A stretch of 64,000 nt of DNA, from assembly GCA_039811685.1 (NCBI GenBank), contig JBDHZC010000002.1, positions 160,001-224,000 of the forward strand, read 5' to 3'. Both the position numbers and the translations under genes were made by a program. Below are positions 29,542 to 39,565 of this stretch, piece by piece. The stretch is from Armatimonadota bacterium. Lineage in GTDB: Bacteria > Armatimonadota > UBA5829 > DSUL01. Position 1 is the stretch's first letter, and every line of letters begins with the position of its first letter. The notes under the pieces are model-generated. The model saw only the letters and a program-made list of their open reading frames with translations, had not been told where the DNA came from and searched no databases.

Positions 29542-32343
29542 ATGCTGAGTCGTTGCAACGTTGTGCTGCTGATATTTGCGATTTGCCTTGCGTGCGCTGA
29601 GGCGCGCGCGGACATCACTGCCGGCGTCAAGGAGACCGTGCTTGACAATGGGTTGACGATATTGACCAAAGAGGTGCGCGTGGCGCCAGTTGTCAGCGTC
29701 AATGTGTTCTACCGCGTGGGCTCCCGCAACGAGCACACGGGCATCACCGGAATCTCTCATCTGCTGGAGCATATGATGTTCAAGGGGTCACAGCACTTTC
29801 CTCAGGGCAGATTTGAGCAGCTCATACACGATCGGGGCGGTATCAACAACGCTGCAACAACGACTGACTACACATACTACTGGGAACTGCTGCAGAGTGA
29901 TTACCTTGATCTGGCTCTGAGGCTGGAGGCCGACCGCATGCGCGGCGCTCTTTTCAACGCCAGAGACCTGGTCTCAGAAATGCCTGTCGTGCGCTCGGAA
30001 ATGGAAGGAAGAGAGAACAGTCCCGACACGCTGCTGTGGCAGTTGGTGGATTCTACGGCCTTCCAGGCTCATCCGTACCAGTGGCCGATCATTGGGTGGC
30101 GATCAGACGTTGAGGCCATCACGCGTGATCAGATTTACGCCTACTATCAGAAGTACTACGCGCCCAACAACGCCACTGTTGTCCTGGTCGGAGATTTTGA
30201 CACTGCCAGTGCAGTAGCTCTTGTCAAGAAGTATTTCGGCGCCCTGAAACCGCTGCCGAAGCCACCTTCCGTCCACACGCAGGAACCGGTGCAGCGCGGA
30301 GAACGTACCGCCGATCTCAGCACTGCCGGGAGCGCCCAACGCGTGCTGCTGAGCTGGAAGATTCCCTCTGAAAAGGATCCGGATATCGTCGCCCTGGACG
30401 TGCTCGAACAGATACTCTCTGGCGGGCGATCCAGCCGGATTTACCAGGCGCTGGTGGAAAGCGGCATCGCGACAGATGCTTTCGCGTACTCGGCTACCAG
30501 GATTGACCCGTCTTTGTTCTACGCTGGCGCGACGGCTCAGGCCAACAGAACAAACGCAGAGATGGAAAAAGCGCTGATGGCAGAGATCCAGCGGGTGCAG
30601 AGCACCCCGCCAGAAGCCGAAGAACTCCAGCGCGCCAAGCGCCAGATCGAAGCTGCCTTTGTGTTTTCCAATGACGACGTCCGCAGCCAGGCGCAGCTTC
30701 TGGGGCGCTATCAGATGGTTTCCAACTGGCGGAGGCTTTCGGACTATCTCCCGTCCCTGGCCCGAGTGACGCCTGCCGATGTGCAGCGCGTCGCAAAGAA
30801 GTATCTGATCCCAAGCACGCGAACAGCCGGTTATTTCACTCCCGAAGGACCTCCAGTTGCCGAAAGACCAGCGCCTGGCTCACCAGGTGGCCCCGCAAAC
30901 TACCGGACGGGCGATCGTCCGCCGCTAGTACCGGTCTCCAACCAGAAACGCACAGGCGCCGCGATTGCCCAACAGCAAAAACAAAAGACGAAACCGCCAA
31001 CTTCGGCCAACTCCGCCACAAACGCTGCACCTGTGCCGGATAGATCTCCGCGCAGAGCGATCAAACCTGTGCGCTACACTCTGGGCAACGGTGTTGTTCT
31101 CATTGTACTGAACAATCCCGCGAACTCCAGCGTGAGCATCAGTGGCAGTCTGAACGCCGGTGGATGGCTGGAGGGGCCAGGCGAGAAGAACGTGTCGGAC
31201 GTCACTGCGGATATGCTGAGCCGGGGAACTGCCACGCGCACCAGCCTGCAGTTCGCCAGCGCAGTGGAGGACATGGGTGCGGCTCTGTCTATCTCTTCAG
31301 AAGTCGAAAGCACGCGTATCACCGGGCGGTGCCTGTCTCGCGATTTTGAGAAGTGGACGGCGCTTCTTGCGGATGCTCTGCGCAATCCTGTCTTTCCAGA
31401 GCAAGACCTGGAGAGGCTGAAGGCACAGGATGTGTCGTTTCTTCAGCAGCAAAAGGAGTCCCCAGCGGCGCTGGCAGAGCGCGAGTTCATGAACCGGCTT
31501 TACCCTGAGGGACACCCTTACCACCCCGGTGACATTGATAAGGACATTCAGAGCTACAAGACCATAACCGCACAGGACTTGAAGAGATTTCACAACCGCT
31601 ACTACGGTCCGAAGGGAATGATTCTGACGGTTGTCGGCGATGTGACGCCGGAACAGGTGAAGGCTGTTGTGGAACAACAGCTTGGCGGCTGGCCAGCTCA
31701 GGATGGCTACCGCCAGACTCAGATACCAGATGTGCCTGCAAGGAACAGCTCCTTCGACTACATCCGCGTGCCAGACAAGAGCCAGACAAACGCCGTCTAC
31801 GGCTGGCCGGGCGGGTTGAAGCGTTCGGACAAAACTTACTACGCCGCCGTTGTGATGAATGAAATACTGGGCGGCGGAAGCGTGCTGACGAGCCGGCTCG
31901 GGCAGTCCATCCGTGGCAAAATGGGGCTGGTCTATGACGTGGGCACGGGTTTTCAGGCGACGCTGGGCGAAGGTCCATGGGAAGCGACCCTCGGAGCAAA
32001 TCCGGCCAATGCGGAAAAAGCCGTGCGCGAGTTGATTCGCGGGGTCGATCTGATGAAGTCGAAAGGGCCTACGCAGGAAGAAGTGAGAGTGGCGAAGCAG
32101 TACATTGTCGGAGTTCTCTCACTCAGGCTGGCGACGAACGCCGGAGTCGCCGGCTTTCTGCTCTCGTCAGAGTTCTACAATCTCGGCCTGGACTATCTGA
32201 ACACATTTCGCGATTTGTACGGGTCGGTCACGGCGGCACAGGTCACAGAGGCGGCGCGAAAGTATCTGCATCCAGAGTCGGCCACTCTTGTTGTCGCGGG
32301 ACCGGCAGAGTCATTTCCAGATGTCACCAAAATCTCACAATAG
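29542..32343 (+). CDS. M16 (pitrilysin) family zinc protease, fused two-half form
   Basis: Signal peptide, inverted zinc motif HLLEH, YYAPNNA, HPY, Pro-rich linker, second inactive half. Confidence 0.94.
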   Translation: MLSRCNVVLLIFAICLACAEARADITAGVKETVLDNGLTILTKEVRVAPVVSVNVFYRVGSRNEHTGITGISHLLEHMMFKGSQHFPQGRFEQLIHDRGGINNAATTTDYTYYWELLQSDYLDLALRLEADRMRGALFNARDLVSEMPVVRSEMEGRENSPDTLLWQLVDSTAFQAHPYQWPIIGWRSDVEAITRDQIYAYYQKYYAPNNATVVLVGDFDTASAVALVKKYFGALKPLPKPPSVHTQEPVQRGERTADLSTAGSAQRVLLSWKIPSEKDPDIVALDVLEQILSGGRSSRIYQALVESGIATDAFAYSATRIDPSLFYAGATAQANRTNAEMEKALMAEIQRVQSTPPEAEELQRAKRQIEAAFVFSNDDVRSQAQLLGRYQMVSNWRRLSDYLPSLARVTPADVQRVAKKYLIPSTRTAGYFTPEGPPVAERPAPGSPGGPANYRTGDRPPLVPVSNQKRTGAAIAQQQKQKTKPPTSANSATNAAPVPDRSPRRAIKPVRYTLGNGVVLIVLNNPANSSVSISGSLNAGGWLEGPGEKNVSDVTADMLSRGTATRTSLQFASAVEDMGAALSISSEVESTRITGRCLSRDFEKWTALLADALRNPVFPEQDLERLKAQDVSFLQQQKESPAALAEREFMNRLYPEGHPYHPGDIDKDIQSYKTITAQDLKRFHNRYYGPKGMILTVVGDVTPEQVKAVVEQQLGGWPAQDGYRQTQIPDVPARNSSFDYIRVPDKSQTNAVYGWPGGLKRSDKTYYAAVVMNEILGGGSVLTSRLGQSIRGKMGLVYDVGTGFQATLGEGPWEATLGANPANAEKAVRELIRGVDLMKSKGPTQEEVRVAKQYIVGVLSLRLATNAGVAGFLLSSEFYNLGLDYLNTFRDLYGSVTAAQVTEAARKYLHPESATLVVAGPAESFPDVTKISQ

Positions 32344-35044
32344 CAGCAGCCAGAGTCAGAAATGTCTCCAGCCTCACGCAGCGCACATTTACACACAGCG
32401 GCTGGAGGCAATTCTTGCGCGGATGGTCGCGGAGCTGCGCCTGGACGGGGCCGAAGTGTTCCTCCTCGATGAAGAAGGCACAGCCCTCAAAGCGCGCGCT
32501 TGTGTGGACGCGAACGGCCGAGCCTGTCAGCTTCCCGCTGAGGCGGTAAACTTCAAGCGCGCAGGACGCATTGGACGTATGCTCTCGGGCAAAGTCACCT
32601 CTATGACGCGGTCGCCAAGCGCGCCGCCGGACGAGTACAACCCGGATGCCGCAGCGCCGGTACAAATTGACGGGCGGATCATGGGGCTGGTAGCAGTCAG
32701 CAAAGGAAGCCAGACACCGCGCGATTTGCCACAAGAGGCGATGGCGAGCTTTGCGGAAGAGATCGGGTTTATTGTTGACTCCGCCGAGACCGAAGCCCGG
32801 ATGGCCATCGAAGCTCATCACGAACACACGCTGTCCGAAGTGTCCAAAGCGATCTCCTCAGCATTGGACCCGAACAGAATTCTGGAGATGGTCTCGCAGC
32901 TTATGGCGGAAGGCATCGGGGCCAGGAAATCGGCTGTTTATGTCTGGGAGCGAGACTTGCGACAGCTTCGAAGACGCGCTTCTCATGGCACGCTAAAGCG
33001 TACGAACAGGAAGCATGCGGTCATCTCGTTTGCGGAAGACCAGTCTCTGGTGGCAACGCTGGCCAACAACGAAGCCGTCCTCTTAGGCCAGCGCCAGAGG
33101 TCAGCGCTGGGCCAGAACCTGCTGGAGAGCGTGGACGCCACAAACGCCATAGCGGTACCCCTGATGAGCAAGGGACGCCTGGTAGCGGTGGCGGTTGTAA
33201 GCTGTCCCGAGACGCACACGGGATTTCCGGCGGACAACATAAGCCTGCTGATGGCTATTGCCGCACAGGCGGCTGTGTCCATCGAAAACGCAACGCTGTA
33301 TGAAGCGCAGAACCGCGCCGTTACGGAGCTTGCGGCGTTGTATGCGGTGTCCCAGGCGCTGGCCGCATCACTCAACCTGAATGACGGACTCCAAATTGTG
33401 GCCGAAAGCATCTCGGCGGTGACGGGTGTCAGCAGATGTGGCGTTTTCCTGATTGAGCAGGGACGGGCGCACGGACATCTGATTATCGGAGTCGCAGACG
33501 CCGAGAAGGAGCGCTTCAAACGGCTGAGTCTGGGCCTGTCTGAGCGTGAGACCGCTATGATGCAGGCCATAAAGGAGGGGCGACCCACTATTGTAGAGGG
33601 GCGCGCTACTCTTAGAGACGGCTACATGGCGGCGCACTGGCGTGTGAAGCGCATGCTGGTGGTTCCACTGATCTTTGAAGGCCGCACGGTTGGACTGGCG
33701 GCGGCGGATGAACCCGGCCATGCAGCCACTTTCAGCGTAAACACTGTCAAGGTGGCGGCGGCGATCGGCGAGCAGGCGGCGATCGCGATACAGAATGCCC
33801 GCCTTTACGAGCAGACCCGTCAGCACGCAGAGGAGCTTCAACTTCTCTGGGAGCTCGGGCAGGCGCTGGGCGGAGAACTGGGACTCCCGGAGATGCTCGA
33901 CACCCTCACTGATCATCTCAAGCGCCTGCCGAAGGTGACCGCCGTGTCCATTATTATCCGGCACTGGGATGGCTCGCTGCTGATTGCGCGCGAGGATGGG
34001 GAAAAGACAAGCTACCGCAACGAGCGCGCGCTGACTGACCCGTGCGACGTTCAGGCTCTGCCAGCGCTTCAGGGGCAGGGCGCGCAGGTCATTCGCAACG
34101 TGCGCAGGCACGCAAGTTGCCTGCATCCGGAGCTGCGTTCGACTGAGTCTTCCGCTCACTCCATCCTGGCCATGCCGCTGGTGCAGGAAAACAAGACTAT
34201 TGGCCTGATTAACGTCATCTCCTCAGAAGACAGAGACTTTGCGACAGGGGAGATGCGTCTGATTGGCAGCGTAGCGTCTGTGGCATCAGCGGCCATCGTC
34301 CGCGGACAGGTCTATGAACGTGAGCGGCGCATAGCAGAAACGTTTCAGCGCAGTCTATTACCCGAAGTCCGAGATCAGTACGACGATTACGAGATCGCGC
34401 AGCACTACGCGGCGGCGCTGGATGAGGCGCGTGTGGGAGGGGACTTCTACGACGTCTTTGAAATGCACAACGGCAAAATTGCCTTTGTCATAGGAGACGT
34501 GAGCGGAAAAGGGCTCGACGCCGCCATTCACACAGCGACAGCCAAGTATCTGGTTCGCGCCTTTGCCTTTGAAGAGGAAGACCCCAGCAAGGTGCTTTGT
34601 CGCGCAAATGACGCCCTGTGTTTCTATGTGCCGGTGTCGATGTTTGTCACTTTGTTCCTCGCTGTGCTAGACACGGAAAGTGGCATCGTGTACTATGCCA
34701 ACGCCGGCCATGAACTGCCGCTGTTGTGGAGCGCCGAAGATTCGCGTTTTCGAAGCCTCGCGTGTACGGGACGGGCTCTGGGATTCCTCGCTGGCTGTGA
34801 CTACCTCACCGAACAAGCAACCATGAAGCCTGGTGATGTGTTCATAATGTACACGGATGGTGTGACGGAAGCGCGCCGGGACGGGAAGTTTCTGGATTCC
34901 TCCGGAGTGCGTGACGCAGCCGCGCCGCTTGTGGGATCCAGCGCCAGCCGGATTGCCGAAGCAATTGAGAGCACGGTAAGGAACTTTGCCGGGGGGCGAC
35001 TGCGCGATGATATTGCACTCTTGGTAGTGAAAAGACAGGGCTGA
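32321..35044 (+). CDS. Multi-GAF PP2C/SpoIIE serine phosphatase (RsbU-like)
   Basis: Repeated GAF units ending IENA.LY / IQNARLY; VGGDFYD, GDVSGKG, NAGH, YTDGVTEAR, DDIA; start uncertain. Confidence 0.92.
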   Translation: MSPKSHNSSSQSQKCLQPHAAHIYTQRLEAILARMVAELRLDGAEVFLLDEEGTALKARACVDANGRACQLPAEAVNFKRAGRIGRMLSGKVTSMTRSPSAPPDEYNPDAAAPVQIDGRIMGLVAVSKGSQTPRDLPQEAMASFAEEIGFIVDSAETEARMAIEAHHEHTLSEVSKAISSALDPNRILEMVSQLMAEGIGARKSAVYVWERDLRQLRRRASHGTLKRTNRKHAVISFAEDQSLVATLANNEAVLLGQRQRSALGQNLLESVDATNAIAVPLMSKGRLVAVAVVSCPETHTGFPADNISLLMAIAAQAAVSIENATLYEAQNRAVTELAALYAVSQALAASLNLNDGLQIVAESISAVTGVSRCGVFLIEQGRAHGHLIIGVADAEKERFKRLSLGLSERETAMMQAIKEGRPTIVEGRATLRDGYMAAHWRVKRMLVVPLIFEGRTVGLAAADEPGHAATFSVNTVKVAAAIGEQAAIAIQNARLYEQTRQHAEELQLLWELGQALGGELGLPEMLDTLTDHLKRLPKVTAVSIIIRHWDGSLLIAREDGEKTSYRNERALTDPCDVQALPALQGQGAQVIRNVRRHASCLHPELRSTESSAHSILAMPLVQENKTIGLINVISSEDRDFATGEMRLIGSVASVASAAIVRGQVYERERRIAETFQRSLLPEVRDQYDDYEIAQHYAAALDEARVGGDFYDVFEMHNGKIAFVIGDVSGKGLDAAIHTATAKYLVRAFAFEEEDPSKVLCRANDALCFYVPVSMFVTLFLAVLDTESGIVYYANAGHELPLLWSAEDSRFRSLACTGRALGFLAGCDYLTEQATMKPGDVFIMYTDGVTEARRDGKFLDSSGVRDAAAPLVGSSASRIAEAIESTVRNFAGGRLRDDIALLVVKRQG

Positions 35045-35052
35045 TTTGTGAC

Positions 35053-35865
35053 GTGGTACAATCCGCAGTAGACATCTGGACAGTCGCCGACGCGAAAGAC
35101 GAGCTTGCCATAAGAGGCGAGATTGACTTTCACTCTTCGGAAGACCTGAGGAAAGCCATCTGGCGCCATTTTGAAGCAGGCAGGAAAAACCTGCGGCTGA
35201 TGCTCGAAGGGGTGGACTTCATCGACTCAACTGGTTTGTCCGTCCTTCTTGACGCCGTGAAAATGGCGCGCGCCCGTGGCGGTGGCATCACTCTGGTGCG
35301 CCCGACGCGCCAGCTTCTGCGGGTGCTGTCTGTCTCGGGCTTCGCCCCATTTTTCGGCTTGGACCTGCACGATGGGCACAGCAGGGAAGATCAGGCGCAG
35401 GAGCCCGCAGAGGACGAGGGGCTACAGACTGAGACTTTTGAGGCAGAGGCGCGTCCGGAGAATATTGGCAATCTTCGCCAGTGCGTTATCGGCTTTGCGA
35501 AAAAGCTTCCCTTCACGAAGCAGGAGCTGGACGACATCAAGCTGGCGGTCGGGGAGGCTACCACCAACGCGCTTCGCTACGGCTGCCCGACCGGCCGCGA
35601 GATTGTGCGCATCACGTGTACGCGCAAGGGGCGAAGGTTCAGTGTTCAGGTCAGCGACCCCGGCCCTGGGTTTGACCCGGACAAAGTGCCGCCAGTGACC
35701 GGAGATGAACTCACCGAAGGCGGCAGAGGCATCTATTTTATGCGCTGTCTGATGGACGAGGTGAACTTCACATTCACAGGTGGGGGAACCACCGTTGAGC
35801 TCGTGAAGTGCATCCCCGAGCGCACCGCCGAGACTCCTCATGACCTTGCCGCCGCGACCAACTGA
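35053..35865 (+). CDS. STAS anti-anti-sigma domain fused to anti-sigma kinase (RsbV-RsbW fusion)
   Basis: GEID...VDFIDSTGL, then LAVGEATTNA, DPGPGFD, GGRGIYFM..LMDEV. Confidence 0.9.
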   Translation: MVQSAVDIWTVADAKDELAIRGEIDFHSSEDLRKAIWRHFEAGRKNLRLMLEGVDFIDSTGLSVLLDAVKMARARGGGITLVRPTRQLLRVLSVSGFAPFFGLDLHDGHSREDQAQEPAEDEGLQTETFEAEARPENIGNLRQCVIGFAKKLPFTKQELDDIKLAVGEATTNALRYGCPTGREIVRITCTRKGRRFSVQVSDPGPGFDPDKVPPVTGDELTEGGRGIYFMRCLMDEVNFTFTGGGTTVELVKCIPERTAETPHDLAAATN

Positions 35866-35926
35866 CTAACTCGCTCAAACGCGGCCGGACCGACAGCCCT
35901 TTGCTGAATGAAGTGACTGAGAGCTT

Positions 35927-37276
35927 CTAGGGAACGGAACGATCGACCGGGAAATCCGCAGAAGGCGTCCAGGCGCTGTCCAGGATCTCATCCATCTCTT
36001 TGATTACTTCGGGATACTGCTCCGCTAGGTTTTTCTTCTCCCCCAGGTCTCTGCTCAGGTCGTAGAGCTCCGTGGGTTTGCCAGGAGCCAGACGCACGGC
36101 CTTCCAGTCGCCTTTGCGCGCCGCCTGCTGGAATCCTTTCTCATGAAACTCCCAGTAGAGATAGTCATGCTGTTTCTGGGGCTTGCCCAGAAGCGCCGGC
36201 GCCATGGACAGGCCGTCGATATTCTCAGGACACTTCGCTCCGGCGAGCTCGGCAGCCGTCGGGAGAAAGTCCCAGAACGCCCAGACCTGATCACTCACTT
36301 GACCTGGCGCGATCTTACCAGGCCACCGGACGGCCATGGGAACCCGGATACCGCCTTCGTACTGATCCCGTTTGATGCCGCGCAGGGGACCGCTGCTCTG
36401 GAAAAACTCCGCATGCCCTCCCCCCTCACGGTGCGGCCCGTTGTCCGATGTGAAGAAAACAACCGTGTTGTCGTCCAGTCCTTCGGCTTTAAGCAGATCC
36501 AGCAGCTTTCCGATGTCGCGATCCATGCGCGTGATCATGGCCGCCTTGTTTTTCTCCGGTTGCGGCCAGGGCTTGTCGGAATAAGGCTCATCGGAAGGCA
36601 CTTCCATGCCGTTTCCAGTTTCGCCGGTCTTTTCGTTGTTCGCATGCGGGATAGTGTAGGCCAGATACAAAAAGAATGGTTTCTCCTTATGCTGCCTTAC
36701 CCATTGCAGCGCTTCCTGTGTGAAGAGATCGTGTGAGTAGCTGCCTGGAGCAAGTTCGACCTCCTCATCGTTTCGCCAGAGCGTCTTCGGGTAGTAGTTG
36801 TGGGCCAGCGTCTGATTCCGGTAGCCATAGAAATAGTCAAAGCCCTGCTTCCGGGGAGTGCCTTCACCTTCAAGGCCTAGTCCCCACTTGCCGATCAAGG
36901 CGGTGGAATAGCCAGTCTCCTGCAGGACTTTCGCAACCGTGGTGTCTTTGGCGCCCAGCATAGCGCCCTTGTTGCCCCGGATAACCGTGTGCCCGGTATG
37001 ATAGCCAGTCATCAGTGCGCATCGGGACGGAGCGCAGATTGTCGCCCCGGAATAGGCTTGCGTAAAGCGCACACCCTCAGCAGCCATTCGATCGATACTG
37101 GGCGTGAGTATCATCTGCTGTCCGTAGCAGCCAACATCACCGTAGCCAAGGTCGTCCGCGAGGATGAAGATAATGTTGGGCTTCCGTGCCATCTCAGCAG
37201 CATTGGCGCGAGCTGCTGCGGCCGTTAGAGGGATGGTCAGCGCTGACACGGCGCAAAGCATAGTCGGTACATTCAT
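35927..37276 (-). CDS. Arylsulfatase family protein
   Basis: PNIIFILADDLG, CAPSR (FGly motif), GKWGLG, SDNG, YEGGIRVP; signal peptide. Confidence 0.95.
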   Translation of the reverse strand: MNVPTMLCAVSALTIPLTAAAARANAAEMARKPNIIFILADDLGYGDVGCYGQQMILTPSIDRMAAEGVRFTQAYSGATICAPSRCALMTGYHTGHTVIRGNKGAMLGAKDTTVAKVLQETGYSTALIGKWGLGLEGEGTPRKQGFDYFYGYRNQTLAHNYYPKTLWRNDEEVELAPGSYSHDLFTQEALQWVRQHKEKPFFLYLAYTIPHANNEKTGETGNGMEVPSDEPYSDKPWPQPEKNKAAMITRMDRDIGKLLDLLKAEGLDDNTVVFFTSDNGPHREGGGHAEFFQSSGPLRGIKRDQYEGGIRVPMAVRWPGKIAPGQVSDQVWAFWDFLPTAAELAGAKCPENIDGLSMAPALLGKPQKQHDYLYWEFHEKGFQQAARKGDWKAVRLAPGKPTELYDLSRDLGEKKNLAEQYPEVIKEMDEILDSAWTPSADFPVDRSVP

Positions 37277-37670
37277 AAGCTCAATTCCCGAGTGGGTCGT
37301 TTCGCCCTATCATAGCCCAACACCTGGAGCCAAGTCCAGAACAGATGAGCCAAAGCGCGCCTCCTTCCAATATAGAGATCAGAAAGACTGCGCAACTGGT
37401 ACGGGTGAGGGAATATTGTGGTTACGCAAGGCAATAGACGTTCAGTCTCTTCAGGATTGCGCCAGATAATGATATACTCTGTAAAGGACCGGGCGCACAC
37501 GCCTGCGACAGGTAGTCCGCGCTGCCATAGGCGCCTGCAAATAGCTCTTATTTCGCTACTGTCCGCCAGTGGTGATTACAGCTTGAGCTGCGACCGGTGG
37601 TAGAGCTACACACCGGTAGACGCTGTGCGGCCCGCAGATTTCAGGGGCTAAGGAAAGCAGGACTCGGAAG

Positions 37671-38585
37671 TTGGGGCTTCCAAACTTCTTTTGGGCTAAT
37701 GTCTGGAGCGGGGGTTGGGTTTCTGTCCTGACCACCCTTCTGGACATTGCGGTTATTGCCTTTGCGCTTTACAAGCTGATTATGCTCGTGAAGGGCACGC
37801 GGGCATGGCAGATTCTGTGGGGGCTGGGCATTTTCTTTGCGCTGATTTTCATCAGTGAAAAGCTGCAGTTGCACACGCTCAACTGGGTTCTGCAGAAAAT
37901 CGTCCCTCTGGGCCCTGTGGCTATCGTCATCCTCTTTTACCCTGAGCTACGCCATGCGCTGGAAGAGATGGGCCGTATCGGCTTCTGGGGACGTGGATTC
38001 AGCTTTCTGGGCAGGGAAGACCTGGCGGTGGTGATTGAGGAAGTTGTCAAATGCGCCACGCGCCTGTCCAGGGGAAAAATCGGGGCGCTTATCGTCATTG
38101 AGCGCGAGACGGGACTGGACAACATTGTACAGACTGGCACCCGTCTGGATGCAATAGTATCCTCAGAGCTGCTTTCCACCATTTTCTATCCAGGGAGTCC
38201 TCTTCACGACGGCGCGGCTGTGCTGCGCTCGAACCGCATTATCGCCGTCAGTTGCACCTTGCCGCTTTCCGACAGCCCGCACGTGTCCGCAATGATTCAC
38301 ACCCGGCACAAGGCCGCTATGGGAGTCACGGAGCAGTCAGACGCCGTAGTAGTGGTTGTGAGTGAAGAAACCGGGACGATTTCTCTGGCGCTGGAGGGGC
38401 GGCTGGATAGAGGGCTTGACGGTGACTCCCTGCGGGAGCGCCTACAGGAGCTGCTGTCGCCTCCTGGATCCGACAATACCGGGCCGAGCCGCATTTTGCG
38501 CTGGAAAAGCTTCCCAGGCAACAATATCGAGAAGAGCGGCAAGGAGCAAGCCAGCGCCTCCTCAGCCCAGTCAAAAGCGCCGTAA
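37671..38585 (+). CDS. cdaA: Diadenylate cyclase CdaA/DacA
   Basis: Three TM segments, FYPELRHALE, GALIVIER, PLHDGA, TRHKAA, VSEETG. Confidence 0.93.
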   Translation: MGLPNFFWANVWSGGWVSVLTTLLDIAVIAFALYKLIMLVKGTRAWQILWGLGIFFALIFISEKLQLHTLNWVLQKIVPLGPVAIVILFYPELRHALEEMGRIGFWGRGFSFLGREDLAVVIEEVVKCATRLSRGKIGALIVIERETGLDNIVQTGTRLDAIVSSELLSTIFYPGSPLHDGAAVLRSNRIIAVSCTLPLSDSPHVSAMIHTRHKAAMGVTEQSDAVVVVVSEETGTISLALEGRLDRGLDGDSLRERLQELLSPPGSDNTGPSRILRWKSFPGNNIEKSGKEQASASSAQSKAP

Positions 38586-38609
38586 GAAAGCTGTGGTGAA
38601 ACCCTTCTA

Positions 38610-39539
38610 GTGTTCCGTCAGAATGCTGTCTACAAGATTGCAGCCATCGTCATAGCTATCGCTCTCACCGTCTATGTGTACGGAGAGCGTAACCCACCGA
38701 CTATCCGCACTTTGCAGATTCCGCTGGAGACCAGAAAGCTTCCTGCAAATGTCGGCGTCAAGTCAGTCCCGGAAAACGTTCGCGTGCAGGTGGATGGCCC
38801 GAAAGACTCGGTCATGCGTGTGACGGCAGGGATGATCCGGGCCTATGTTTCTCTGGACGGACTCAGCCCCGGAGACCACAGGTTGCTTGTGCGCCTCGAT
38901 CCCGCCAACAGCCTCCCGCCTGACATTCACGCTTCCGCCGCAGATGCCACGGTTCCGGTAAGCTTGCAGTCGCTGGAGCGTCAGACACGGCCTGTTGAGC
39001 CGGTTTTTCTAAGGCCGCCACCTCCCGGGTTTACCTACGGCTTACCGGCCGTCAAACCTTCCGTGGCTTATGTAGGCGGCCCGACTCAAGACGTGGAGCG
39101 CGTTTCCCAACTTCAGGTTGTGGTAGATGCTGTGCCCACGCCGAATAAGACGATAAGTGGTAGCTTCCCGATCCGGGCTGTGGATTCCAATTCACTTGAA
39201 GTGGATGATGTGACCGTCAAACCGGGGACCGCGACAGTGCAGGTACAAATTCAGGGCATGCCTGCACAAAAAGAGATATTTGTAAGTCCCAACGTGAAGG
39301 GCGTTCCGGCGCCTGGTTTTCAGGTCAAGAGTATCAGTGTCGTACCTCAGTCTGTCACGGTCACCGGCGGCCCTGACAGTATCGGCAAGCTCAACTTCGT
39401 CACGACGGATGAAGTGGACATCTCGGGAGCAACAACCGATGTAGTGAGAAGTGTGCAGATGCTGCTGCCGGATGGCGTCACGGCGCAGGGATCGCGCAGA
39501 GTGCGAGTTGATGTTAATGTGGAGGCACGCCCGCAGTAG
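38610..39539 (+). CDS. cdaR: CdaR / YbbR-domain regulator
   Basis: N-terminal TM plus three YbbR-like repeats (P..V.V.GP); between cdaA and glmM. Confidence 0.88.
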   Translation: MFRQNAVYKIAAIVIAIALTVYVYGERNPPTIRTLQIPLETRKLPANVGVKSVPENVRVQVDGPKDSVMRVTAGMIRAYVSLDGLSPGDHRLLVRLDPANSLPPDIHASAADATVPVSLQSLERQTRPVEPVFLRPPPPGFTYGLPAVKPSVAYVGGPTQDVERVSQLQVVVDAVPTPNKTISGSFPIRAVDSNSLEVDDVTVKPGTATVQVQIQGMPAQKEIFVSPNVKGVPAPGFQVKSISVVPQSVTVTGGPDSIGKLNFVTTDEVDISGATTDVVRSVQMLLPDGVTAQGSRRVRVDVNVEARPQ

Positions 39540-39565
39540 TGGGCCAGACAACAGACAGGCAGGCG

